DNA of 63,910 nt, filler included, from Octopus bimaculoides (taxonomy: Eukaryota): NCBI RefSeq assembly GCF_001194135.2. It is 10 parts of 9 records of this genome, joined end to end, with 100 filler letters (N's around TTAATTAATTAA, not from the genome) between each part and the next. Parts side by side here need not be neighbours in the genome. Positions count along the whole stretch, not along the records: positions 47,694 to 53,685 come from NC_068992.1; positions 53,786 to 57,258 come from NC_068981.1; positions 57,359 to 58,877 come from NC_068982.1; positions 58,978 to 60,841 come from NC_068986.1; 6 more parts are not named here. One strand, given 5' to 3'. The notes below the pieces were generated by a model, which worked only from the letters and a program-made list of their open reading frames with translations, did not search any database and was not told the origin of the DNA. A program made the translations under genes and the position numbers. Positions 50,276 through 60,941 of this stretch are shown here, piece after piece. Position 1 is the stretch's first letter. Each line of letters begins with the position of its first letter.

Positions 50276-51880
50276 CCAAATTACGAATTTATTTAAAATT
50301 AACTACAAAGTGTTAAACATAGAGGGGACAGTACAAGGACAGACAAAAATACATGAGTGGGGGAAAAAACGAATGAAAAACAAAGATGAGAGAAAATTAA
50401 TGAGGGGGTGAAATGACGGCCACTCGAACTCCAAACTCCGAGTGATCACATTGAGCTCCTTTACAACCAATTATATTAAAGCTTTTCTATCATTTTCTAA
50501 AATAGTTAGAAGACTCACCGCAGATGGCAATGTTTCGATATCGGCTTCAATGTTCGTGAGGTAAACACTTGTCTTGAACTCCTCCTTCAGTCTGGGAAAC
50601 TGACTTCCGCTAGCAATAACACATTTCATATTTGAGGGATACTTCGTTCAAACAGGAATATCAATTTTCACAATGTCTTTTAAACCATTTCCTTCGTCAG
50701 CACATTATTCATTTCATTGAAAACTATAACACAACTCTTTTCACAGAGTGGGAGCTGAGAGATTTGGGGCTCCTGTATGTCTGCTTGTGTGTCTGTAGGG
50801 TTAGGGTTGGGTTCAGTGTTTGATGGGGCAGGATGAGGACTGATGTTTGCGGGGGTAGGGAGGGATAAGTGGGGCAGGGAATAGGTCATCATCACTGGTG
50901 TGGTTTCGCTTTCTCCTCTTTCTGTTTCTTTGGTAACTTTATTCCATCCATTTTCTGTCTCTTCCTCCACTTATTTGTCCTTTTCCGCCGCACATGGCTC
51001 CACTTCGCATACTCCCTCATTCGACGCTGCAATAATTGGAAGTGCGGTTGCCTTTATTACTGGTGAGACCACCGGTGCCTTTGCGGCAGGTAGAGCGCAT
51101 TCCGCTCTTATGTGGCCCTTTTGGCCACATTTGTAACAACGTGGCTTTCTGCCCTCCGCTACAACCCTCAATCTTTTATCCCCTACCACAATGGTGTCGA
51201 TGATGTTTTCCAAATATACCGAGGCAGGCTGGATGATCGTTTCCAGTCCCTGGCCCAGCTAGTTCTGCGTTGGTGTTTTCGTGGCTTGAAGGATCGATAT
51301 TTTCTCCTCCAAGTCCATCATTATCGCTGCCACCAGTCAAGCATCCACCTGGAAGCACACCTTCAAAGATAAAATGGTAGTAATATAATTTCCCCTGCTT
51401 TTAGGGACGCCACGGAGTATTGCCTGACCTTTTCTTCTGTTGGGAACTGCACTTCCACTGTAGCGTATTTAGCGCCCCTTGCCAGGTACGATATTTCCGG
51501 CCAGATGGGTACCAAGCACTTTTCAATTTGTGCTCTGGTTGTCATTTCAATTTTTTTCTCCTTTATCACAAATGTCTTAAATATCACAGTTTCCTTACAA
51601 ATATCCGTTGTAATTTCGCTAGAAGGGGTCTATTCTACCTCGAACCCTTCCCTTTTCAACATATCTTGGTATTTTACCAAGTCGTGCCTTTCAAATCCAC
51701 ACGCCTCGACAGGACGACCGCCGCCGCAAAGCTTTTGATACTTTTTCCGATCTTTTCTTTTCCTCCACCTCTATGCCATTCGCGCGATACATCAATTCGT
51801 CATCCGACAACTCCACGTCAGACGAATTTACATCTTCGTATTTCATCATAGCGCCCCCCCCCCTCTCTCAAATAAGGGGG
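50276..51880 (-). mobile_element. ORF1-only Tx1/L1-type retroelement (half-L1-like) inserted into a Tc1 element
   Basis: ORF1 relic from ATG at 51849 with CCHC knuckle KPRCYKCGQKGHIRAEC (~51100-51150); followed by a pyrimidine-rich 3' UTR and AATAAA (plus-strand tttatt 50288-50293); no endonuclease or RT motifs seen. Confidence 0.65.
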
Positions 51881-53819
51881 AAACGACAACTGGACTGCTG
51901 CACAGCATTGAAACGAGAGTGTTTTACAAACACACAATAACAGCGTTCAACAAAGTGGCAACCGTAATGTAACAACTGACACTGATTGTAATTTACGACA
52001 CTAACCTCGAAAGTGAGGGGAACGAATGGCGGAAAAATGTCAGGAACGCGGTTCAAGTTGATTTTTATACCCATAACCTCCACGAGATGCACGTACATTT
52101 CGGTTTTCATGAACAATTGTTTGCGACTGCCACCCACAGCATTCAATGCAGCTGCGTTATGACGTGTCATTTCAGGGTAAGTTGAAAGGTTACCTGCAAT
52201 TTGGGTCTCAGCCATAAACCAGCATGTCTTGGAATATTTACACTAACATCCCCGAAATAAATTTTCAGAACTCACCATATAAAAATTACATTTGGAAAAA
52301 TCTCNNNNNNNNNNNNNNNNNNNNNNNNNNNNNNNNNNNNNNNNNNNNNNNNNNNNNNNNNNNNNTATATATATATATATATGCATTATATGTATGTATG
52401 TAATAACATGATATGATATGATATAATATGATATAACTTGTATGCGTTAAAAGTTTATGAGCTTATTACGATAAAGTCGCTGAATTTGAGGAAAACTGTA
52501 TTTACTTGCATAGGAAATTATTTGAGAACTTTTATATTTAAGAAATGGGAAAATTTATTCAGTGTATTGAGTTGAACCTATATAATAGGTAGATTTTCTT
52601 TCGAAAATCTATCTATTATATAGGTTTCGTAACAAGTAAATCAAGGGAAATTAACTAGTTGAGTTAAACACACAAATTTATATCAGTAAGAAAGACAATA
52701 TCTAATAGATTTCAAATAACTTTTAAAATGTTAATTTTATAGGAACTCCAAATAATCAGACTAAAGTAGACAAGTATCTTAAATGCAAGTTATTTTCCTC
52801 TTTTTTTTTAATAACAGATATAGAATAAGGCTTGATATACGGTAGTTATCATTATTTCAATTAAACATGCAAATAGATCTTAGATATTTTAAAATTTATA
52901 GTAAGCACATTGCTGAATCGTTAAAAAGAATCTGTTTCTGTTTAACTATTTTTTATGTCCCTATACAGAGAAACCGGTAGAATTAAGCAAAACATATGTA
53001 AGTGAAAGTTGGGTATATGACTATCTGGTATAATGATTTGCAAAAGCAAATAAAGAACCAATAATTTTTAACGCAGGAAAATGTTTTTAATGGAAAACAT
53101 ATGTATAGATATATAAGCACCTAAAAAAACAAAAATTGATAGACTTCTATCAAATCATTATTCAGGAGCTGACCATAAAATAATGTATGAATTATATAAA
53201 AGAAAAACACCATCAAATGTGTATATAATGAAAAAAAAAATGATTTTAAATCAATAAAATTCATGTGTGGAGTACTACATGTTAGTAAAAGTAATTTGTG
53301 ATATATAAATCTGAAGTGTTATCAAATTAAAAGGAAGTCTGTGAGAATGAGTCAAAATTTAGATGATGTTATACAGAAAAGAGAAACCCAGATAACATAC
53401 GTGTGTAGGTAAAAACCAGATCGTAACTACAGAAAAGTTTTCCTACTAGAGGAGGATTTAAGGATATTTTCGAAAAGTTCGTAATATTATGAAGAAACTA
53501 AGAAATTGTACATTTGGAAAATGAAAATATAGTAACACTAGTAAACATATTTAAAAAGAATGTGGTAATATGAAATAAAAACGTAACATATATTTGTGAG
53601 TATAGACATAAGGTGCAGGAGTGGCTGTGTGGTAAGTAGCTTGCTTACTTCCGGTTTGCTCACTGCGCATGTGCGTCAGACTGGCNNNNNNNNNNNNNNN
53701 NNNNNNNNNNNNNNNNNNNNNNNNNNNNNTTAATTAATTAANNNNNNNNNNNNNNNNNNNNNNNNNNNNNNNNNNNNNNNNNNNNCAAGGAAAGAAAAAA
53801 ATATAAAGAGACAGACGAC

Positions 53820-54860
53820 AGCACATGGTAGTGTGTGCAGTGTGAGCTAGCAGTGACCTTCAAGAGGAAATATGCTGAGTGACATCTCTGTGTTTACTTC
53901 GCAAGTCATGAAATTATGAAATTAATGTTTTTGTGATCACGTGTATGTTGTAGTCTGCGATTTTGTCATGGACAGGAAGCTGGAACAAAGAGCCAACGCG
54001 AAATTTTGCACTAAACTTGCAAAGTCTGCTACAGAAACATCAAGCATTCTTTGGCAAGCTTACGGTGACAAAGCAATGGGTTGTATGCAATGTTTCGAGT
54101 GGTACAGGCACTTCAAACAGCACCACAGAGCTGCAGCCTAATTAAGAGCATGCTCATCATTTCCTTTTTGACATACGTGGTATTGTGCATCGTGAATTCA
54201 TCCTCCAGGGCCAGACTATCAATCGAGAATTCTACTGTAACATTTTAAAGTGTTTGAGGGAGAACATTTGGTGAAAGCGACTGGATCTGTGGAGGGTGTA
54301 GGATTGAATTCTTCATGATGCCAATGTACCCTGTCATTGAGCTCTTCTCACTCATGAGTTACACACCAAAAACAACATAGTATTGCTTCTGCACCCACGG
54401 ACTTCCATCTCTTTCCCAAGACTAAAATACAGCTCAAAAGTTGCCATTTTATGACTGTTGTTGAGATCCAGAGCAAATCGCAGAAGGTCCTCGACTCACT
54501 TACAGAAAATAACTTTCAGACCGAATTCCAAAAGTGGCAGAAATGCTGGACTGTTAGATATGTAATATGGACTGTTAGATATGTAATTCGTCTGACGTTC
54601 CGTGTGTCACTGTGGTTCGTCTGAGTTCATTGTTTCATTGTTGTTGTCTTGTGGGACTGTCGTAGTAAAATGTCATTGAAATATATATGGCGGACATGAC
54701 TTTTGTTTATTCATAACGAACATTGGGTGAGTGCGTTCTTTGTATGTAATTGAATAATAAATGTAATAATTAAATTTGTATAACTCGTTGTGTTATCTTT
54801 GCGAGTCACCCGAGGGAAATACAACAGGTATGTTGCTGTGCAAGGTGACTAATTCGAATG
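53820..54860 (+). mobile_element. Second mariner relic (internally deleted transposase)
   Basis: EQRANAKFCTKLAKSATET..CFEWYRHFK, then MLIISFFDIRGIVHREF..GQTINREFY, WILHDAN, KWQKCW; frameshifted. Confidence 0.85.
54573..54826 (+). mobile_element. Solo-LTR-like insertion in the mariner 3' end
   Basis: TGTTAG...ACAACA (TGTT/AACA inverted termini), internal AATAAA; mariner coding sequence resumes on both sides; 19-bp duplication of the left end; no clean TSD. Confidence 0.55.
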
Positions 54861-55195
54861 CACTTGTGCTGGTGGCATGTGAAAAATCACTTGATTGAGG
54901 TCGTTGCTAGTGCCACTGGACTGGCTCCTGTGCAGGTGGCACGAAAAAAACACCATCTTGAGCGTGGCCGTTGCCAGTACTGCCTGACAGGCCTTCGTGC
55001 CGGTGGCACATAAAAGCACCCACTACACTCTTGGAGTGGTTGGTGTTAGGAAGGGCATCCAGCTGTAGAAACTCTGCCAGATCAGATTGGAGCCTGGTGT
55101 AGCCATCTGGTTTCACCAGTCCTCAGTCAAATCGTCCCACCCATGCTAGCATGGAAAGCGGACGTTAAACGATGATGAGGATGATGATGATGATG
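54858..55195 (+). mobile_element. Retroposon family C copy
   Basis: Three hairpin units and the conserved tail. Confidence 0.9.
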
Positions 55196-55447
55196 CTAAA
55201 ACTTAGGTAAGTATGTTATTTTATATTAAATATAACTACACCTGGAGCTTTTTGATACCACCTCTAAACTACTTAGAGCATTACATTACAATTTGAAATT
55301 TACATGGTGTATATTTTTTAAGTATTAAACAAATAAATATTAAACAATAAAGAAAATATTTATGATTTACAGGTCCTTTGTGAAGCAGTTTGATAAAACC
55401 TGGTGCAGGATAAAAAAATATTCCAAAATTACTTGCTGGCTTTTGCA

Positions 55448-55607
55448 ATGTTAAGGATGTTTGCTTTAGCAGTTCTGTTTGGGACATTGTTTCTAAATGT
55501 TTCTGCAAGTATTAATCTGCAAATGAAATATACTGAGCATGTACCAGATATAGCAAAATTTGAGGAAGAGGAACGTCCTCGTATGTTGTACTATGTTCTC
55601 TATACAG
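55448..55607 (+). CDS. First coding exon of a secreted/ER thioredoxin-fold protein (TXNDC16/ERp90-like, PDI family)
   Basis: Acceptor tttacag| (exon starts 55373), ATG at 55448, hydrophobic signal-peptide-like N-terminus MLRMFALAVLFGTLFLNVSA, donor g|gtatgt at 55607/55608 (phase 1). The 214-aa ORF in the track reads on into intronic (CT)n. Confidence 0.7.
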
Positions 55608-55642
55608 GTATGTCATTTTTTTCTCTTTTTTATTTTTTTTCT

Positions 55643-55643
55643 G

Positions 55644-55695
<52 letters not shown>

Positions 55696-55980
55696 TCACT
55701 TTTACTCATCAATACATTGCTCTTTGCTTATTTTTTTTCTGTGTAACTCTTCATTTCTCTCACTCTCTTTTCTTCTCTCTCTCTCTCCCTCTCTTTCTCT
55801 CTCTTTTCCTCTGTCTCTCTTCCTCTTTCTCCCTCTCTTCCTCTTTCTCCCTCTCTTTCCTCTCTGTCTATCTGTCTGCTTATCTATCTATCTATCTATC
55901 CATCTGTCTGTCTGTCTGTCTGTCTGTCCGTCCGTCCGTCCGTCCGTCCGTCCGTCCGTCCGTCCGTCCGTCCATCCAGG
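55643..55980. repeat. Compound microsatellite (CT)n-(CTAT)n-(CTGT)n-(CCGT)n
   Basis: Read directly; intronic, just after the 55607 donor. Confidence 0.95.
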
Positions 55981-56191
55981 CACAAGCCAGCCCAAAGGTC
56001 GGAGTGGACTGCACCTGCCTACCATGGTTGCTATGGCATTGAGGTAGATCTGGCCATCCTTGTTAACAGACAAAACCTGGATTTAATACACTGGATGATG
56101 ATGATGATGATGATCTGTAACTAAATATTTACCAAAATTGGTTTAGCATAGCTGAATAGTTTTTAATTTTCATTTTTTATTTCAATTCCAG

Positions 56192-56271
56192 ATATTGAAA
56201 CACAAAAGTTCTTGGTAAAATATGATTTGGCAGCAAATGTCTTACTGAAATACAATTTCAAAGTTGGCATT
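56192..56271 (+). CDS. Second coding exon of the TXNDC16-like gene
   Basis: Pyrimidine-rich acceptor ttcaattccag|, donor att|gtaagt, phase 1 start compatible with the previous exon. Joined peptide LYYVLYTDIETQKFLVKYDLAANVLLKYNFKVGI resembles the first, CXXC-less thioredoxin domain of TXNDC16 ([35 protein letters not shown]|VNC, from memory). The exon is well supported; the orthology is inference. Confidence 0.7.
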
Positions 56272-56369
56272 GTAAGTTTCAAGTTTGTTTATATTTTGGT
56301 GTAGTTAATTGTCAAATGATAGTCACACACACACATGCACACGCACGCACACACACGCACGCATGCGCG

Positions 56370-56410
<41 letters not shown>

Positions 56411-56519
56411 GATATCAGATAACAGAGGTATTTCATTATGTATAAGAGCAATAAACATTACACTGCAGCTTTCTTCTTTGCCAAGCTGTCTTGAAACAAT
56501 GTGGAAATGATACTTAAGC

Positions 56520-57260
56520 TGAATTAGTAACTTATTCAGAGACTTCCCATCGTGACATCAAAACTATCGGGTGTATCTTTACGGACCCACAGTTTGTTAT
56601 CAAATTTTATGATAGATTTTCTGGCAGTCAACACGACTTTAATCTCTTCCCTGGTGAGACCAGCTTTGTTGTGAGCTAGCCAGAGTGCCTTATTAAGTAC
56701 TATTGGGTTGATGGAGGAATAGAAACTGGAAATGTCAAACTGGATAAACTCTTGGTGCTCCTCTTATTAGTAATAGAACTAAACCAGTCAATGAATTGGA
56801 CCATAAACTAAGCTTTAATTTTTTAACTAAGGTAGGAATATTTTTACTAAGTACACCGATGTCGGAGCTAGAAGGACACATAAGTCGTAAGGATAGGTTA
56901 TTAAAAAAATTTTGTTTATGATCTTTTAATTCACGTATCGCTCTATATTTCTCCCTTATTAGTTTTCTGCTTATTTCTTTCCTTTACCCCTTCTCTTTCT
57001 ATAGGCTACCTTTGACGTTACATCTTCTAACAGTTTAAAAAAAAAACTTAATAGCGTTCTGTTCATCATTATACACATTCATCACATTCTGTTAAAATGT
57101 CTTATTGATGAGTTTGGTTTCTTTCTTTCTTTCCCTGATGAGAAGATTACATTGTTTTACACCATTTTATTCATTGGAATAATACCAATGTTGTCTTTGA
57201 AACATATGTCGGAAGTAAAAGAATTTGAATAAGACGTGCGTTTAACTCCATTTATTTANN
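56520..57260 (-). mobile_element. Penelope-like element RT fragment (KDHK/FDI/FDVTMG type)
   Basis: Minus-strand frames give ELKDHKQNF..RLMCPSSSDIGVLSK, FIQFDISSFYSSI..LNKAL, ARKSIIKFDNKLWVRKDTPDSFDVTMGS; frameshifted; lies in an intron of the TXNDC16-like gene. Confidence 0.75.
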
Positions 57261-57668
57261 NNNNNNNNNNNNNNNNNNNNNNNNNNNNNNNNNNNNNNNN
57301 NNTTAATTAATTAANNNNNNNNNNNNNNNNNNNNNNNNNNNNNNNNNNNNNNNNNNNNACACAAAATCCGTTAGATTCACTTCAACATTTAAATTTAATT
57401 TGTCAAAATATTTTCGTCGCTTTGAGACCGCGACCTGTTCACTGACAAAAACGGATTTTGTGCGTTATTTTAAATGGCTTATAAACACCTTCCACGCTGC
57501 AATTATATATATATATATATATATATATAAAGTGTCTGTAGACAATTTCGACATTATAACAATATATACTCGCGCGCGCAACACACGTTCATGTGTGAGT
57601 TTGTGTGTATGTATATGAATATATGTCTTGCTCGTCCCTGACATAGTCTTTCCCCCTCTCGCTAATCC

Positions 57669-57707
<39 letters not shown>

Positions 57708-57746
57708 ACCCTCTCCCTGTAACGCTTATGCTGCTGTAGATATACG

Positions 57747-58745
57747 TAGGGGAGACCGGGTCTAGTTCTTACACGGGTAAGTTGTTACAAGTCCATTTTT
57801 TCCAACTTCAAGAAATAGGTGGCACTCGGGTCTCTACTTCGTGAAGGCCAGCTCCATAGCATCATGACTGCACACGTGTATTGCACTGGCAGGCTGTCAC
57901 CAGGAAAGGTATGGTTCAAAAAACAATTTTTTACTCCAAAGTGAAATTTTGCCACGAAGTTATTTTCTTAACTACTAAAGCACAAGTGGTGTTACTGAAG
58001 TAGCTTGTGGCTCATTAAGAAGTGCTGGAAGTTGCCTTCGATACATGAAGGTGTGTCCTAGATGCCCTGCATTGCTAATGCTGTGTACGAGGTAATCCCC
58101 AGAAATCCATGGTCGGGGCTAATTGTTACAGTGTATCCACTTACCCCAGGCATATAACAACTTACCCTTTCTATTTCAGAATTGTTGTGGATGAAAAGAA
58201 ATCATTACGGGATGTTGCCGTAAAACAGCGTATAGCAGATGAAATAAACGAACGGAAATCCAAACCAAAGAAGGCAACTGGTACAGAAAATGCAACAAAA
58301 GGGAAGGGAAAGTCAAGTAAAACAAGTAAAGGCAAAGGGAAGCAGCCTCGCAGCAAGCAAGTCACCGATTGGAAATGCCTTGTCTGCTCAGATTGGTATT
58401 CCAACTCCCTTCCAGGTGAAGAATGGCTGCAATGCACGATCTGTAAAGACTGGGAACACACTGACTGTCCCGATGGACGACAGGACTTTCTGTGTGATCT
58501 GTGTGGTGAGAAGTTAATGGAGGACGATTCCGACTAGATGGCACATGTAACAATAGGGAAATTGGCTGATGAGGACTCTCAGTTTTACAGTTAGGATATG
58601 AGGTGGTTCAAAGCACAGTTAATTAATTAGATGTAAGAAGCAGGAGAGGTATTCATTTTAAACTTGTCTGTTAACATAATTCCGACTTATTGACAGTTGT
58701 AACAAAGTACCCCAGTTAGTGACACAACGTACCCCGCACTCGGGA
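57747..58745 (+). mobile_element. Non-autonomous pogo-like (Tc1/mariner superfamily) element retaining the C-terminal PHD-finger exon
   Basis: Left end TA|GGGGAGACCGGG..GGGTAAGTTGTTACA; right end TGTAACAAAGTACCCC..TACCCCGCACTC (imperfect inverted repeats); no DDE domain seen. Confidence 0.6.
58180..58537 (+). CDS. PHD-finger (C4HC3) exon of transposon origin
   Basis: Acceptor ctttctatttcag|; open frame encoding a Lys-rich linker, CLVC..EEWLQCTIC..WEHTDC..CDLC and an acidic tail EDDSD*; all eight Zn ligands intact. Confidence 0.6.
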
Positions 58746-59080
58746 AAAATTGTTACTGCTGACACCACCTCATTAATTAGAACCTGTCTAATTAATGTTA
58801 TGTAATTTCTGGGGGTTTTTTTGCTGGAGATAACAATAAATAGAGATGTTTTACTAATTAAATCTGAAAAGAAACTTNNNNNNNNNNNNNNNNNNNNNNN
58901 NNNNNNNNNNNNNNNNNNNNNTTAATTAATTAANNNNNNNNNNNNNNNNNNNNNNNNNNNNNNNNNNNNNNNNNNNNTTTCAAGTATAGGAACTTGTCTT
59001 TGCCGCCTGTTCGTAATAGGCCCCGGATATTCAGTAGGAATATGGGTGTGATATCTGTGCAGGGGTTCCTGGTGTTAGCG

Positions 59081-59981
59081 GTGAAGAATCTAAAATAGCA
59101 GGCTTAGCCTCCGTCTCAGTGCGTACATGTCTATTAGTGATCGACAGAACCATAAATAGCCTACATGGATGTAACCATATATATATGTATATATATATTT
59201 GAAAGTTTATTAGGCTCGCACTGAGACGGAGGCTAAGCCTGCTATTTTAGATTCTTCACTGATATATAGATGTTAGCACACGGACATGGACATACATTAT
59301 ACAGAATGGGACAAGAACACAAAACATCCAGATAGACGATGCAAGGAAAACACGGACAGGTCATTCGGAGTTTTCTTTCTTCAGTCGAGATCCAGATAAT
59401 CCTTGCAATTTCGGGTGATCGCCAAGCTAACATGACAGTTCAGAAAAATAGGACGAATGCTGCCGTTGATTAGCTCCAAGGGGCCATCGCCTTTAGCTAG
59501 CTAAGTGACACACGAACCTGAGTCCATTATAACCTTCGAACAGAGGCGTTCAGCCACTTCCCCTTGCTGGTCTGGCATCTACAGACTAGTTTCAGGGTAT
59601 TTGCCCCTTATCAATGTAGAGCAGCCGAACCATGGAGCGAGAGAGAGAAAGAGAGCACGTGTGTCTCAAGAGGTTTAACGAAATTGCTCACGCACTAGAA
59701 AAAAAACTTCTTCCCCAAAAAAGGTTAGTAACATCCTCATAACAGATTTCATAACATTAAAACAAAAAAGTTTTTAAAATCACCTCAACACATCCAAAAC
59801 TGTATTAAGCGAGCCTAATAAACTTTCAAATATATATATACATATATATATGGTTACATCCATGTAGGCTATTTATGGTTCTGTCGATCACTAATAGACA
59901 TGTACGCACTGAGACGGAGGCTAAGCCTGCTATTTTAGATTCTTCACTGATATATAGATGTTAGCACACGGACATGGACAT
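59081..59981 (-). mobile_element. Non-coding Penelope-type (pseudo-LTR) or retrozyme-like element with direct and inverted terminal repeats
   Basis: 59081-59219 is the exact reverse complement of 59809-59947 (139 bp); 59218-59293 is identical to 59906-59981 (76 bp, period 688); internal hammerhead; no coding ORF. Confidence 0.7.
59578..59620 (-). ncRNA. Minimal type I hammerhead ribozyme (U3-A8 variant)
   Basis: Minus strand reads TCTACA-TTGATAA-GGGG caaata CCCT-GAAA-C TA G-TC-TGTAGA: perfect 6-bp stem I, core UUGAUAA, stem II, GAAA, palindromic ACTAGT stem III, GUC cleavage triplet. Confidence 0.8.
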
Positions 59982-60145
59982 TTACACATACGCAAAATGA
60001 CCCTCACGTCTGTAGACTTCGTATGGACACACATACGCACATACACACTAATACACCTCCATAAACACACACATTCGCAAAGACACAAACATCCACTCAC
60101 ACAGGCTATCGCAGATTTTTCTCTCTCTCTCTTCTCCCTCTATCT

Positions 60146-60227
<82 letters not shown>

Positions 60228-60588
60228 GCACAGACATGGATACTATCACCGGTTTACCTAGATCGCACATTCACCCATATGTGTGTACACAGATTTAGGC
60301 TTGCACTCGTTAGATCGACCACTCACTCACATACACATGCTTATATCAAACTAGCGCCCGATCACCTTGACCACTAACACAGGCTCATATACGTACACAT
60401 TCACATGCATACACACATGCACACAATAAAAAAGTTATAAAGGCTACCACCCGTTTTCCTACCCGTATTTGTTAGCTCCAATTTCCCCTCTCGTCTCTCC
60501 ATCTGTTTGTGCAGTGAAGCAGAAAGATAGACAATCTCTAGTCTTCAGCTGCAGGATACATTTTGTTTGGATTACACACACACACAAA

Positions 60589-60621
<33 letters not shown>

Positions 60622-60941
60622 GCATTACATAAATACATATACATATGTACATAGTTCATAACGTTCATATATACATAGATATGTGTGTGTGTGTATATAT
60701 ATACATACATACACACACACACACACATATATATTACCATATGTGCATGTATGCATATGTGTATTATATATATGTTTTATATATATATATCATAAATATA
60801 TGTACACACGCACATATATACATATAGATATACGTATATATNNNNNNNNNNNNNNNNNNNNNNNNNNNNNNNNNNNNNNNNNNNNTTAATTAATTAANNN
60901 NNNNNNNNNNNNNNNNNNNNNNNNNNNNNNNNNNNNNNNNN

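Noticed and set aside
53648-53685. ETS-like (CCGGAAG) and NRF1-like (TGCGCATGTGCG) motifs
   Set aside because: 38-bp fragment that interrupts a SINE head and runs into a gap; probably the end of another repeat.
59360-59420. Second hammerhead-like pair (GAAA..CTGAAGA) in the 688-bp unit
   Set aside because: Stems I and II cannot be paired convincingly in any circular permutation.
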